This document shows, one piece after another, positions 1 through 14,579 of a stretch of 64,000 nucleotides of DNA. The notes under the pieces were generated by a model. That model worked only from the letters and a program-made list of their open reading frames with translations. It did not search any database and had not been told where the DNA came from. How positions within the stretch are numbered: position 1 is the first letter of the stretch; every line of letters starts with the position of its first letter. Origin of the DNA: Eledone cirrhosa (lineage: Eukaryota); contig OZ024740.1 in NCBI GenBank assembly GCA_964016885.1, positions 125,736,001 through 125,800,000 on the forward strand, written 5' to 3'. The position numbers and the translations under genes are program-made.

Positions 1-1879
1 GCTGTGTTTTGTTTGGTTTAGGTGACTATGGGGCAGAATGGGGAAACTGGGGGATGACACCGATAGGAGAGGAAAATACAAGGGTGGCATTTAACTGAAA
101 GAAAAAGTTATCACATACCGAGTGGAAGATTAATGAATAAATGAAGTAGACTTCTATAGCTATCAGCTTCTTTACAATTATATGAGGTGAGGGAAGCCTG
201 AGGAACAGGATAAATACAAGGATGGTACGTTATGGTCGATGAGGTGAGGGAAAAATAACGGAAGCAGTTTATTATGAGAACTGAGGTTGTAATGTAGAGG
301 AGAAATGGAGGTTTTAGCTGGAAGAGAAAAAGTCAGCACATACTGAGTGGAAGAGTAATGATATATAATAATATTTGTCACTCAACAAAATCCAATTATG
401 AAAAACATGATTTTAATTGAAATATTAAATTGTCAATGCTATTATTTTTATGTGAATTGATTAATTGAGATCAGGTTTTTAAAAAAATGTAAACATGGAA
501 GATTGTTACTTAAAACTCATGTTTTGATAGTTAAACTATGTTTATACCAAGGTTCCATAAATATTATGTCCAAAGCCAATGAAGGATATTCTAAGTGATA
601 GCTTCACTTGTAAATAGCAGCTGAATTTCCCTCAAATCATCTTTAAAAGAACACATTGGTTAATGTGGTCTAACTTACCTTAATTACAGTTAGAATCATT
701 TGTAGTTGACATGAAGTATACACATTCGTCATATTCTCTTGACATCATAGGTCAGTTTTAAATAATTTTTATTCTCATTGTCTTGAAACTAACAGTAAAT
801 TTTCCAAAATGGTCTTTGTTTTGAATTAATTTAGTCATTTGAGATTCCTTTGTGTTCTGTTTTCTTGCTGAGAATTTCATTAGTGGTTTGGTTATGAACT
901 TAGCCTGTTAACTTGATAAAAATAGTTTTCTTATCACTTGATACAATAGTAGTGTCTTTATTATTGTAAATGATTTATTTAATTTGACGTGGTGTCTTCT
1001 TGTATATCTGACATTCAATGTAGTTCTGATTGGTTTGTGTATTTGCTTAGATATTTATATTTCAAAATGTCATTGTAATATTTTTACCTTTTAATATATA
1101 TACAACTATATACATACCTGCACATGATAATGCATTCACAAACAGCATGTTCATATACTCACACTTACCCAAACACATACACATACACTACATAATTTTG
1201 CACTGGATTAAAATTAAATGTTTGAAATAATTAACCCATATTTATATATTTTCTGATTAATCATTACAGGATGATAAGTGTTAACCATAGACAAGTACCA
1301 ATTAATTGATATAACATGATCAGCTTGTGCATATAGTTCAAGTATTTTACATAATTATATTGACTCCAGTACTTATTTCTATCTGTGACCTATTTTTATC
1401 AATCTCTAGTATCAAATGGCTAAGTTATCTTTTGTCATAAGGGGATGTAATTCAAATTACCATTTTACATCGGTATGCATACAGGCAAGCACACAGAAAA
1501 TCACACATAAGAATTATGTCTTTTCGTTTGTTTTAATAAGACAGATGATGCTCTTCACTTTTTACATAAACAATTAAATGAATTATACTTCAATTATATA
1601 TAACAGAAACAGCAAACACTAAACAATGATGATGAGGACAATGGTGTTATACACAGATGCACACATACATACACAGACATATGCACACACTTATATGTTT
1701 TTTTATTGTTGTTGTTTATTTCCTGCTCAGACCTGACTGAGCAGAACTATGATCAAAAGGATTCTGACCATGACTACTCCATCTTATTTTTAGGCAATGT
1801 GCAACTAGGACCACATTTTTTATGGAAGTTATGGAGTAGGCAGACCCTGAAAAACCTGGGACAATTTGATAAATTCCGA

Positions 1880-2249
1880 CCTTACACACTTACACCTCTC
1901 TAAGACAATGTCACTGGGCCGAGATCTTTGGTGCTACGCAGTAATACAGAAGACCCGCCTTGCCTATGTACAAAGCGAAACCTACAGTCAATAGGCACCT
2001 CTTACCCAAATATACACCCCCATCCCACTACCCCTACTCCAACCCCGACCCCATCAACACCACCCTCACTCTGTAAAGTTATGTTGGTACCACAACATCC
2101 AGTCCAAAATAAATGAGGTCGTGTAGGTGTCATGACAAAAAAAAACACACAGTCCACACTGTAATGTGGCCGTGTAGGTAACACGGTAAAAACCTCCCAG
2201 TCCACACTGTAAATGTGGTTGGTGTTAGGAAGGGCATCCAGCCGTAGAA
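1880..2249 (+). mobile_element. Diverged 3' end/UTR of an RTE-like LINE
   Basis: Aligns to the reverse complement of 59280-59600 (agaagacccgcctt...; aaaacctcccag.ccacactgta.atgtggttggtgttaggaagggcatcca). Confidence 0.7.
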
Positions 2250-3059
2250 AAAATTTGTAGAGAATTTTACATGCTACTTTTAGCAGGAAAAGCAAACATA
2301 CAGTAGCTCTCTTACTGACTTCTACTGTATAGAAATATATTTTCTTTTTCCTCCACATATTCTTGAGAGTGTCATGGGGGAAAAGTCCTCAAACACTCCT
2401 TCCAGCAGGTCCTGTCAAGAGCAGCCATCTTCAATTAATCTGACTGATTTGAGAAAAGTACCAGATAGATGACTGCAGAAATAAGACCACCAAACTATAA
2501 TATGGTGAGATAGTAAGTTTGGCTGTTACACCTACCTCCCTTCTTCTGATAACCGAATGCTGAAACTGGTGCATTACTGCACCAAACTCCTACAATTCTT
2601 GCACTTAATTCAAGCTTCTGCCTTCCATCACTCGTGAACAGAGCTGTTCTGCTACAAAATGGTATGACGTGGGATGGACGCACAAAAATAGTGTATCACA
2701 AGACCCCAAAAATGATCCAGAAGGGAGAAAACAAGCATGAATCTGAATTTAAAATTTAAAATTTAAAATTTAAACTAAGTAAAAAATAAGTCCTTAAATC
2801 TAAGAAAGGATGAATATGTGCTTAATTGATGAGAGATGGGTGGGAAGAAGTGAGTCCTTACAAGTGAATACAATTTGGGAGAGAGGAAAGGGGAAAGAGG
2901 ATTCAGGATTTGGTGGGAATGTGCGGAGAGTGGGTGTATGAGTACATGAATAGGAGAGGTTGGCACCTTTGTTTATTTTCTGTTGAAATTCAGGTGCTGG
3001 GAGATTGGTTGTCAAGGTTGAGGTGATATAGGCCATTATCCACCTGGGTCATATGTAGA

Positions 3060-3690
3060 TTTGAAGCAGAGATATGATTTCTTGATCCAGTGACTACATT
3101 TGGGAACTAGTTCCAATTTGTTGTTGGCAAGGGGACTCTTTTCAAGTAGCATTCAAAGCACAAGTTACAAGGGCACCTCCTCCCTTATAAGGCTGGGCCT
3201 TGGTGATGATGCTCCAGCTAAGGTTGCATGGACTTTCTTTTTTACATAGACTCCAGGTAAAAGTAAAGAGGCTTGTGGAATGCTTCTTGTCAGAATGTGT
3301 AGGTATGTTGCATAAATCAGAATTTTGAATTGTTCACCGTCATACCGATACATGTTCTATTTTCCCATTTGTTGTGATGTTGCACTTGCATACTACATTT
3401 GTACTAAGGCATTGTGTATCTAAGAGGCACTCATTTAGGTTGTGGCAATTACAATTTGGTATGGTGCCGTTTGATCTGTGGGTGTTGAGCTTAGACCTCT
3501 TTAAGGCAGTGATGAAATAGGTGTTGTTGGGCTTAGTGGTGTATGATAGTTTCATCATGTTTTTGCTAATGCATTTATGGTAACAGTGTTGTGGAGGAAA
3601 AAACCACTGGACCATTTCAGTTAACAATCTGGGAAGTGTTGTTGCTACATCTACATTGTAGGGGAATTATACCACATTACACTTAACTTC
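3060..3690 (-). pseudogene. Degenerate Naiad-type PLE thumb/GIY-YIG endonuclease remnant
   Basis: Minus-strand translation VMWYNSPYNVDV...FFPPQHCYHKCISKNMMKLSYTT...CNCHNLNECLLDTQCLSTNVVCKCNI parallels IWYNAPFS...CFPPSHIYSKIFNKHTIKFSYST...CNCRIKNKCPLNNHCLDKNLIYECKI of the 52734 ORF. Confidence 0.75.
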
Positions 3691-3920
3691 TATTTTCAGC
3701 AGGAACCTGTGAAAATCAGTAGAAACAGAGTAATCTCAGTAATATAATAAATATATATTCTCTACTTTGATATTCAGCACACGTTTGTCAAATCAAATGT
3801 GTATGTGAGCAAGTTTGTATGGTGTGTGTGTGTGGGTATGGTGTGTGTATAGTGTGTATGGGGTGTGTGTATGTATGCATAGACATGTATATATAGACAT
3901 ATACATATATATATATATAT

Positions 3921-4365
3921 ACTAGACCTGAAAAATGCGCAAGCTCAAAAGAGCCACATAATGTTATAATAAACCTTCAAAAGTGTGGGACTAGAGTTGT
4001 TGCTAAAAAATATTGTAATCATTATCTTTCGTACACTCTGTGGCATCCTTTAATAAAAAAAGAGACTCATAACGAACTCAAGACGACACGATAATTATTT
4101 AAGCTAATGTTCAATATCTCATATTAGATGTTTAGTAATGATTAATACGAAATGCACTTAAACCGAATTCTATATTATAAATTCACTTAAATAATTATCG
4201 TGTCGTCTTGAGTTCGTTATGAGTCTCTCTTTTATAAAAGGATGCCACATTGTACGATAGATAATGATTACAATATTTTTGAGCAACAACTCTAGTCCCA
4301 CACTTTTGAAGTTTTTTTATAACATTCTGTGGCTCTTTTGAGCTTGCGCATTTTTCAGGTCTAGT
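3921..4365. repeat. Foldback inverted repeat, ~180-bp arms (3921-4103 / 4186-4365)
   Basis: actagacctgaaaaatgcgcaagctcaaaagagccac... is mirrored by ...gtggctcttttgagcttgcgcatttttcaggtctagt with a few mismatches. Confidence 0.9.
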
Positions 4366-5275
4366 TTAATATTTTTTTAAGGCAACGCTTGTAATAACAC
4401 TAGTTAAACATGATATATATTAATAATAAATTATCGTTGTAATGTAATTAGATTATATAATTGTTATTTTATAAATGATCTTATAAATATTATTGTAAGA
4501 TGTATACAAATATTTTCAGACTTTTGATATAAACAACTACAAAAAACAATCAATATTAAATAAATATATTTTACATAATAATTGTTATAGTTGAATTAAT
4601 AAAAATTAAATATTACATGCAAATAGACTAACATAATAATAAAAAAAACTAATCTAACATAATAATAATAAAATAATCTAACATAAAACGAACAATAATA
4701 TGGACAAATATACAAGTAAATATGATACAACCAATATTATAAGCATGTTATAACGAACTGAAAAAAAAAATAGTTAATATAAATTTAAAAAATCATATAT
4801 AAATTAACAATATCTAAAACGAGAAAAATATTGATGATAAACGACGAAATACAGGAGGAAGATTCGAAAGCGAAACGATAAATAAACGTGCAAACAAAGT
4901 GGCGGATGCTTTTGAGCAACAATTACTCTCATTGGTTGATTAGCCAATAAGACGATACATTACAAACGATGTTTGGCAGGGATCACCACGGCCAGCGAAA
5001 CCTCTTGAATTCTTTATTCACAAGCTACGCATATATGTCAGACACGCGGACTTAAAACATTCTGTTGTTAGTCACTGCGTGTGTCACAGATATATGTATA
5101 TATACATATGTATGTGTGTGTGTGTAACATGTGTATCATCGTCATCATCATCATCGTTTAACGTCCATTTTCCATGCAAGCATATGTAAGAGAGATATTG
5201 TCATACTCTGAGGCTAGACAGATAGTTCTGATGACCCTGGTAATATGTGTATGTATGCATGTTTGTATCTATTTA

Positions 5276-6262
5276 TGTTTCTCTTAATTTCGATTACATT
5301 TTAGACTGGCCACCTTCCTGGTGGCAAGGTTGCAAAAAAAAAGAAATTGCTAACCCTTGAATCGCAAGAATGTTTTGCTAATTTTGAAGGTAGCAGATAT
5401 CGCAGCCATTTGTAGTCTATGAATTACGGAGCTGAGCACTTTGTCCATGAATCCAGGTTCAGTAATACTTTGGTTTGAGTGGGTTGGTGTATAACTTCTA
5501 GCTCCAATGATGACGGGTATGAAGCTGAGGGATATCTTGCATACTGGATCTGCAAACTCCTCATCAATGGTCCATAGATAACTCTTGTATTTTTCTTACA
5601 ACTTTGACATCAAGTGGGCAGCTGATCTCTACAACAGAGCACGTTTTCAATGTGTGGTCCCAAACAACAATATCAGGACGGTTGTGCTTTAATTTGATGG
5701 CAGTTTTATTTTTAAGTTCCACCAGTATTCTTTAGTGTGATTTATCTTCATATTCCTCCTAATTTGTTTTTAATTTTGTTTCCCTAAGTGCATTCCAGAT
5801 TGTTCTAGCTATCACATCGTGTCTCATAGGGAGGTCGTAACAAGACAACATTCTTTGGCAGTTGGTAACAATGTGGCTAACATCTTCAATCTTTATTTTA
5901 TATAACCTGCGTTTATTGTTGACTGATAGACATCCTCTTTTGTGTAGCAGTTATTTGGTAGGGATTTTTTGTTCCTGTATTGCATAGAGATATCCTTCAA
6001 GGTGGGATGTCATAAACTTGTCGGAACTCCATGCCAGGCTTTTTGAATGATTTATCTCCTCTATGGTCTGTGCTTTCCGTCTCAGGTACCTATGCACAAC
6101 TTTCTCTGTAAATTGGTTCATTCTTTATCTTGTTTGAACATTGAATAGGATCTTCCAATTTCACCGGGAGAGATTAATATCAGGCCTTATTCCATATCTC
6201 TCCTCCAGATCAGTGACTATCCTAAAGATATTATTTCCTTCATGCTCATAAACCTGGGCAAG

Positions 6263-6264
<2 letters not shown>
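5276..6264 (-). mobile_element. 5'-truncated RLE-type non-LTR retrotransposon (R4/Dong-like), degenerate
   Basis: Minus strand encodes WSSDKFMTSHLEGYLYAIQEQ, a degenerate zinc knuckle, RHDVIA and KHNRPDIVVWD. Same family and same 3' end as 41641-42365. Confidence 0.75.
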
Positions 6265-6295
<31 letters not shown>

Positions 6296-6378
6296 TGTAT
6301 GTATGTATGTATGTATGTATGTATGTATGTACGTATGTACGTATGTACGTAAGTATGTATGTATGTATGCATGTATGT
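6265..6378. repeat. (ATGT)n microsatellite
   Basis: Direct reading. Confidence 0.95.
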
Positions 6379-6613
6379 AACACAAAAATGTTCTTTTGAT
6401 CTTTTAATCTTTAAGCCATGAGTGCATCTCTCAGAAATATTCAAAATTATTTCTGAATGAATGTAACAATTTCCATAAATACCTCCTACTAAGGCTTTAG
6501 GCTTTAGTATTTATATTTATGTAGACAACCACACTTATACACATGCATAAAAATACACACCCATGCATATAGATATATGCATGCACATATTTGCGATTCT
6601 ATCTATATAACTA

Positions 6614-6656
<43 letters not shown>

Positions 6657-6760
6657 GCAGAGATTTAAAGTTTAATTTAAATTTAAAATGTTTTATAACT
6701 GATATAAATCACTCAACAGAGGTTGAGTAAATATACAATATATTAATAAATGGAAACTAT

Positions 6761-6861
6761 ATTTATAAAACCATATTTATTTTATTATACATATTTCAAG
6801 GGCAACCAAGGCAAATTATGGTGCGCTTTCATCAGATAAAATACAGATTTGTTTTATAAAT
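6761..6861 (-). ncRNA. Type I hammerhead ribozyme
   Basis: Minus: atttataaaac aaatctg tattttat CTGATGA aagcgcacca..tggttgccctt GAAA t atgt aTA ataaaata aatatg gttttataaat. Stem I is 8 bp plus an 11-bp extension; stem III ATATGTAT is self-complementary. Confidence 0.75.
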
Positions 6862-6958
6862 AAATATTGACATACCCGGAAAAGGTTGTCTTTTTTTCCG
6901 GGTATGTCAATATTTATTTATAAAACAAATCTGTATTTTATCTGATGAAAGCGCACCA
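6819..6958. repeat. Inverted repeat, ~65-bp arms, overlapping the HHR (PLE-style inversion)
   Basis: tggtgcgctttcatcagataaaatac...cccggaaaa / ttttccggg...gtattttatctgatgaaagcgcacca. Confidence 0.9.
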
Positions 6959-6988
6959 GAATTAATTTTCCAAAGTGATCGCGCCAAG

Positions 6989-7775
6989 GAGCCTTTATTC
7001 TTATAGCTTGGTCTAATTGATTTTTTATATGGTTAATTATGCTAATTGGGAGAAGAAACGGTATATATTTTATCTGGTGTTTCTATAGACATGTTTTATG
7101 ATATATAGCTCTGATTATTTAATTTATTAATTCTTCATTGAGCCACAAAGTGACCCGTTGCAAAACACATATATATCTATGACTTTATATATATATATAT
7201 ATATATGTAAACCTTTATATGTAATATTCTCCCGTTAGGTTGAGATACAATTTTGGCTGTATTGGGCTGCACTTTCTAGCAAAAAGCCTACCAGCCGTAA
7301 GCAACTAATCACATCCCTTTCTAACTTGACCGCTGCCATGTAACGATTCTTAGCCATTTTTGAATGTATTCTTGACGCGATTACTTTGTAAAATTAATTG
7401 TCTAAATTTGAGCTAACTCCTGAAGAATCCGAATTTCTAGATTTCCAATGTTATCGGATATCTTAAAATGCGGACGAAACCATGGCAGAGGTAACTAAAG
7501 ATGTACACTTTTCTTCTAGTTTATTTTACACATAATTATGTTTAGTTGACTGTATATCTGGTCGATTTATACACGCTGTCGAAATACTCGATAAATACTC
7601 CGTCGCAACCGCCGCGAAGGGCTGCTTTCGGTTATTTGTCGGAGATTTCTTCATAGGAGCCTTTATTCTTATAGCTTGGTCTAATTGATTTTTATATGGT
7701 TAATTATGCTAATTGGGAGAGGAAACGGTATATATTTTATCTGGTGATTCTATAGACATGTTTTATGTTATGATA
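6989..7775 (+). mobile_element. Non-coding HHR unit, family B (~668-bp period, partial tandem)
   Basis: gagcctttattcttatagcttggtctaattg... occurs at 6989 and 7657. Degenerate HHR at 7414-7493 (taactc CTGAAGA atccg..cggac GAAA ccatgg CA gaggta). Homologous to 38796-39685, 15225-15518 and 57045-57170. Confidence 0.7.
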
Positions 7776-7779
7776 TATT

Positions 7780-7864
<85 letters not shown>

Positions 7865-8100
7865 TTATATATATATTTATATATATATATATTTATATAT
7901 ATTTATATAATTATATATATTTATATATATTTATATAATTATATATATTTATATATATTTATATAATTATATATATTTATATATTTATATATATTTATAT
8001 ATATATTTATATTTATATATATATATATATGTATATATATATTTATATATATATATATATTTATATATATATTTATATTTATATATATATATATATATTT
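7775..8100. repeat. (AT)n with TTTA interruptions
   Basis: Direct reading. Confidence 0.95.
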
Positions 8101-8361
8101 AGAAGGATTTTAATTAAAATCCTTCTATTTTAATTAAAATCCTTCTATTTTTCTCCGGATTACTTTTGGAACTACAACTGGAACCGTCGAGCAAACTCTA
8201 CGTGAGCTGTCTATCTACTGTGTGTAATATTTATATTACAACACTACGGAAAATACTGTATATATATATATTTATATATATATATATTTATATGTATATT
8301 TATATATATATTTATATATATATATTTATATATATATATATATATATTTAAATATATATAT

Positions 8362-8855
8362 ATGCAAGTATGTATGTATACGTACATACATATATGTATA
8401 CAGACGTACAGTAGTATGCATATATATATATATATATACATACAGGTACATATATATATGTGTACCTGTATTATATATATATATATACATACAGGTACAC
8501 ATATATATATGTACGTATCAGTTTAGCGGACGTTTATTATAACGCCCGCTTTGTCCGTACATCGTTCATGTGTCAGTGTTGAACAAAAAGGTGACGTGGT
8601 TGCCTTAACACCGTACGGCATAAATCAGGCTGTCCGTTCGTTTACAAACGGACAAAGCGGGCGTTATAATAAACGTCCGCTAAACTGATACGTACATATA
8701 TATATGTGTACCTGTATATATATATATATATATATATATGCATACTACTGTACGTCTGTATACATATATGTATGTACGTATACATACATACTTGCATTTA
8801 AGTAAGTGCCGTACTAGGAGTGAGAAATGAAATTTCATTTCATCCTATTTCAACT
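8362..8855. mobile_element. Diverged family C unit with inverted arms (8362-8558 / 8648-8797)
   Basis: Shares tacatacatatatgtatacagacgtacagtagtatg, gtcagtgttgaa and ccgtacta.gagtgagaaatgaaatttc with 39700-40500 and 46855-47422. Confidence 0.7.
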
Positions 8856-10870
<2,015 letters not shown>

Positions 10871-10941
10871 TACCTCAAGTATTGAGTACTTTGGTGCGTT
10901 ATGGTCCACCTGGTTCCTTACCACATTTCCTTCGTTATATT

Positions 10942-11032
<91 letters not shown>

Positions 11033-11049
11033 ATATTTATATATATATT

Positions 11050-11086
<37 letters not shown>

Positions 11087-11260
11087 TTATATATATATAT
11101 ATATATATAAATTTGTATTCCAATGTTACTAAGTAGTCGCATTGGATGGAGTCAACCGACGTCGGAGATCGCTCAACGTATAATAAAGTGTGTTTTAAAA
11201 TCCGGAGAAAATATGGAGAAGAAGTTTATGAAACGGAAATGCGGGTATAAAGAATTTATT

Positions 11261-11377
11261 AGGTAACAATTGTTTCTATAGTGTATCGGTTACCTATACC
11301 TCGCTATTTGAATAATATAAAAATATTATCATAAACCGAAGGTACACTGTAAGAAAACACACCATGTCGTCAGACCT
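11261..11377 (-). ncRNA. Type I HHR with long stem II, in pLTR
   Basis: Minus: aggt CTGACGA c atggtgt ... acactat a GAAA caattg TT acct. Palindromic stem III ACAATTGT. Confidence 0.65.
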
Positions 11378-11663
11378 TTGTAGTGGAATGATATGAAAAT
11401 ATTTTATACACTAGATAAAAGAGAAAGAAGGAGGTAGTAAGGGAAGGGGAAGAGGGAAACGAGTAAGGGGGAGGGAGTCCTAGGATTTAAGACTGTCAGA
11501 GTAGTAGAGATTGTAAGGAGAGAATGTTTTGGCAGCAGTTATCTTAATGAGGCGTGTTAGGGTTGGCGGGGGAAGTAAATTCTTCTAGTGGTGTTGTTTG
11601 GACAAAATTTAGTTAAAGGGGTCAAAGTGGTACAGAGTTATTACAGAAAAGTTATTGGGGCTA

Positions 11664-14087
11664 TTATAGTAGCAGGTTATTTCTAAAGGGGTCCAAAGAA
11701 CAGTGTTTAGTACTATTATTATAGAAAGCCATATCGTGTGTATAAACATATAAAACAGAAATTTGCAAACGGTGGTGTAAAAAGGTTACATTACATGCAT
11801 TTAAAAAGGAAAAAGTCGTTTTTAAACGATGGTTACAGTAAAGTGAACGTTCAATTTTGCTGTTCAAAAGTTTGTTTTCCGACGTTAAAATGCAGTATAA
11901 CTCCATATTGCATAATTTGCAGAATCGATGATGTTGCTATATGCAGGCGCCACGCAATAATATGCCAATCAAGGGAGAATGCTTGATTGTTGCTCCGGAG
12001 CTGCCAGGTTTTATCGGCGAGGGTTGTTACGGAGCGCATTTTCTCGTGCCTGATCGAAGATCGATGTTGGTATAGGCGAGCTTTGAAAGATGTTGCGGTA
12101 CATCCGACGTAATACCATTTGTTGGTTCCGGAATTTATTGTACATCGGTAGACACTATTGCGTGCTAGGCACTGGTTATTCAGTGGGCACGTACCTGGTT
12201 TGGTGCAGTTACAGTTATTTTTATGTTTTGCAGTAGTATCCTGGATAGTTTGGTGGGGTTGTAGTTGCGTGTTAGTGCGTTGTATGTTGCTATGCTGGTG
12301 CGCTGTGTCATTAGGGATGTACTTATTTAGTATTGTTGAGTTGAGTTTTTTAATTAGTTGTTCTATGTTAGGTGCAGTGGAGTATGAGAGTCTAATGGTG
12401 CGCGAGTTAATGATTTTATAGTATTTATGTGAAGTTGTAAAGTGTTTATTGATTAGTGCATAGAATTGTGAGATAATCTTAGTGCTAATAGAAATATTGT
12501 ACACGGGGTTATACCATATGTACTCTCTACGTCTGACTCTATTTGCTGGTTTGCACCTATTAGTATGCCTATTGATGTGTGTGTGTGGTGCAATACTAGT
12601 TCGACTTAGATGTGTTTTATTCATAGTACTTATGTGGTTATCGTCTAGATATTCTATTTTCTCGCAGTAACCAGCTTTTCTAAGTGCGTCATTATAATAT
12701 TCAGCATGCTCGTTGAAGGTCTGCAAATTAGACGACAGTCGGGAGATCCTTATGGATATATTTTTAGGGATAGATTTAATAATGGAATGGGGATGGTTCG
12801 ATTTTACATTAACGTACTTAAGATTTTCATTAAGTTTGTGAAATGGCTCTATATTACCGTTATTAAGGTTGAAGGTGACATCCAAGAAGTTGACCACCTT
12901 AAGATTGTGTTCGAAGGTAATATTAAGCCCTAGTTCTAAGAAAAGTTTCCTAATGTTTTTACGTCGCCTTTCTAGGTTTTGTTTGTTCATATTCTTGACT
13001 AATAGAAGTGTATCGTCGCAGTAGATTCCGCCGTGGAGGTCCGTAAATTCGCTCTGGAGTCTGTGGGCTATATAGATCCCAACCAGATCCGAAACCTCCG
13101 CCGAATCATTAGAACCCATCGTAATGTCGAATTCCGAGGGTCTATCTCTGCGGACCCAATAACTATTTTCAAAATGCACTACTTTGCGTCTAGCTTCAAG
13201 TATAATATTAATTTCCTCGTTTGTGAGGTCCGAGTTAGCCCTAGCGAATGAGAGGGCCTTATGCAGGGTTTCAGGTGAAATAGAGGAATAGTATTCATCT
13301 ATATCGAATGAAGAAAAGAAGATTTGTTTTTGTCACTAATGTTATTGAACCATCTTATTGCCTGTTGAGTATTACCCCATAATTTAATATCTACCTTAGC
13401 CTTAACTTGGGGGATAATACGATCTAATATGTACTTACTGATTCTACCTATATCGTATTTTGAAGGACATATTAATCTAATTTTAGGGTTAGTATCGAAG
13501 TTATCCTTATGGTCATTCAGATTAAAAGTCGGTGTAGCTGGAGATAGGGGTACCTTTCTGTCGTCAATTTTCAGTTTCTTAACAATATCACATGCTGCGT
13601 TATTAATGTTGGTTAGTGTAGTTGCGTTTGTTTTTTTGTACTTCCTATGTAATTCCTTACGTATAAAATTATTATATGTTTCTACATCCAGGGTGTATAG
13701 ATTCGATGTTTTGTCTGCCTTTATGATAATTCCTTTGGTATTCCTTAGGTTGTCGAGTAGAGTTTTAATATCTCGTTGCATTTCGTTTTTCCTTCCGTTT
13801 GTATTTTTCCTTCCGTTTGTAAATTTGATTCCGGTTATCATTTTCATTAAGTCCTGCTCGAAAGAATCCAGAAGAGGGTTAGAGGGTGGGTTTTTGTAGG
13901 ATTTGAAACCAAACTTATCGTTGTTAGTGTCGGAAGTTTGTGTAATCTTTTTCCTATCGAAGTGGAAGGCCCTCCATCTAATCCGCCGAATAAATTCGTT
14001 GGTCCGTAGTATCATACCAAGAATGTATTCTTTTTTACCCTGAATGGGTATGTTTTTTAAGGACATACCACAATGATGTTTTTCCAT
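11664..14087 (-). pseudogene. Naiad-type RT + GIY-YIG ORF, frameshifted
   Basis: SLKNIP, IRRIRWRAFHF, ADKTSNLY, FDIDEYYSSI (after a 1-bp loss near 13310), FDITMGSNDSAEVSDLVG, GGIYCDD (YRDD in the intact copy), CNCTKPGTCPLNNQC, VY..YVG, CKLC..CNH (after frameshifts near 11950 and 11925). Confidence 0.9.
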
Positions 14088-14291
14088 TTCTGAGACGGAG
14101 GTTGATAGGTTACTCGACTGTAAAGGAGTGTGAAGAATTAGTAAATTTGTATTCCAATGTTACTAAGTAGTCGCATTGGATGGAGTTAACCGACGTCGGA
14201 GATTGCTCAACGTATAATAAAGTGTGTTTTAAAATCCGGAGAAAATATGGAGAAGTTTATGAAACGGAAATGCGGGTATAAAGAATTTATT

Positions 14292-14408
14292 AGGTAACAA
14301 TTGTTTCTATAGTGTATGGGTTACCTATACCTCGTTATTTGAATAATATAAAAATATTATCATAAACCGAAGGTACACTGTAAGAAAACACACCATGTCG
14401 TCAGACCT
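14292..14408 (-). ncRNA. Type I HHR, second pLTR copy
   Basis: Same core and stems as 11261-11377. Confidence 0.65.
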
Positions 14409-14579
14409 TTGTAGTGGAATGATATGAAAATATTTTATACACTAGATAAAAGAGAAAGAAGGAGGTAGGAAGGGGAAGAGGGAAACGAGTAAGGGGGAGG
14501 GAGTCCTAGGATTTAAGACTGTCAGAGTAGTAGAGATTGTAAGGAGAGAATGTTTTGGCAGCAGTTAGCAGTTAGGCGT

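Noticed and set aside
2540-2586. CTGATAA..GAAA followed by a tggtgca/tgcacca hairpin
   Set aside because: No stem II, cleavage triplet or stem I.
8100-8148. 28-bp palindrome tagaaggattttaattaaaatccttcta as a regulatory site
   Set aside because: Lies at a repeat junction with a local duplication; better explained as a snap-back scar.
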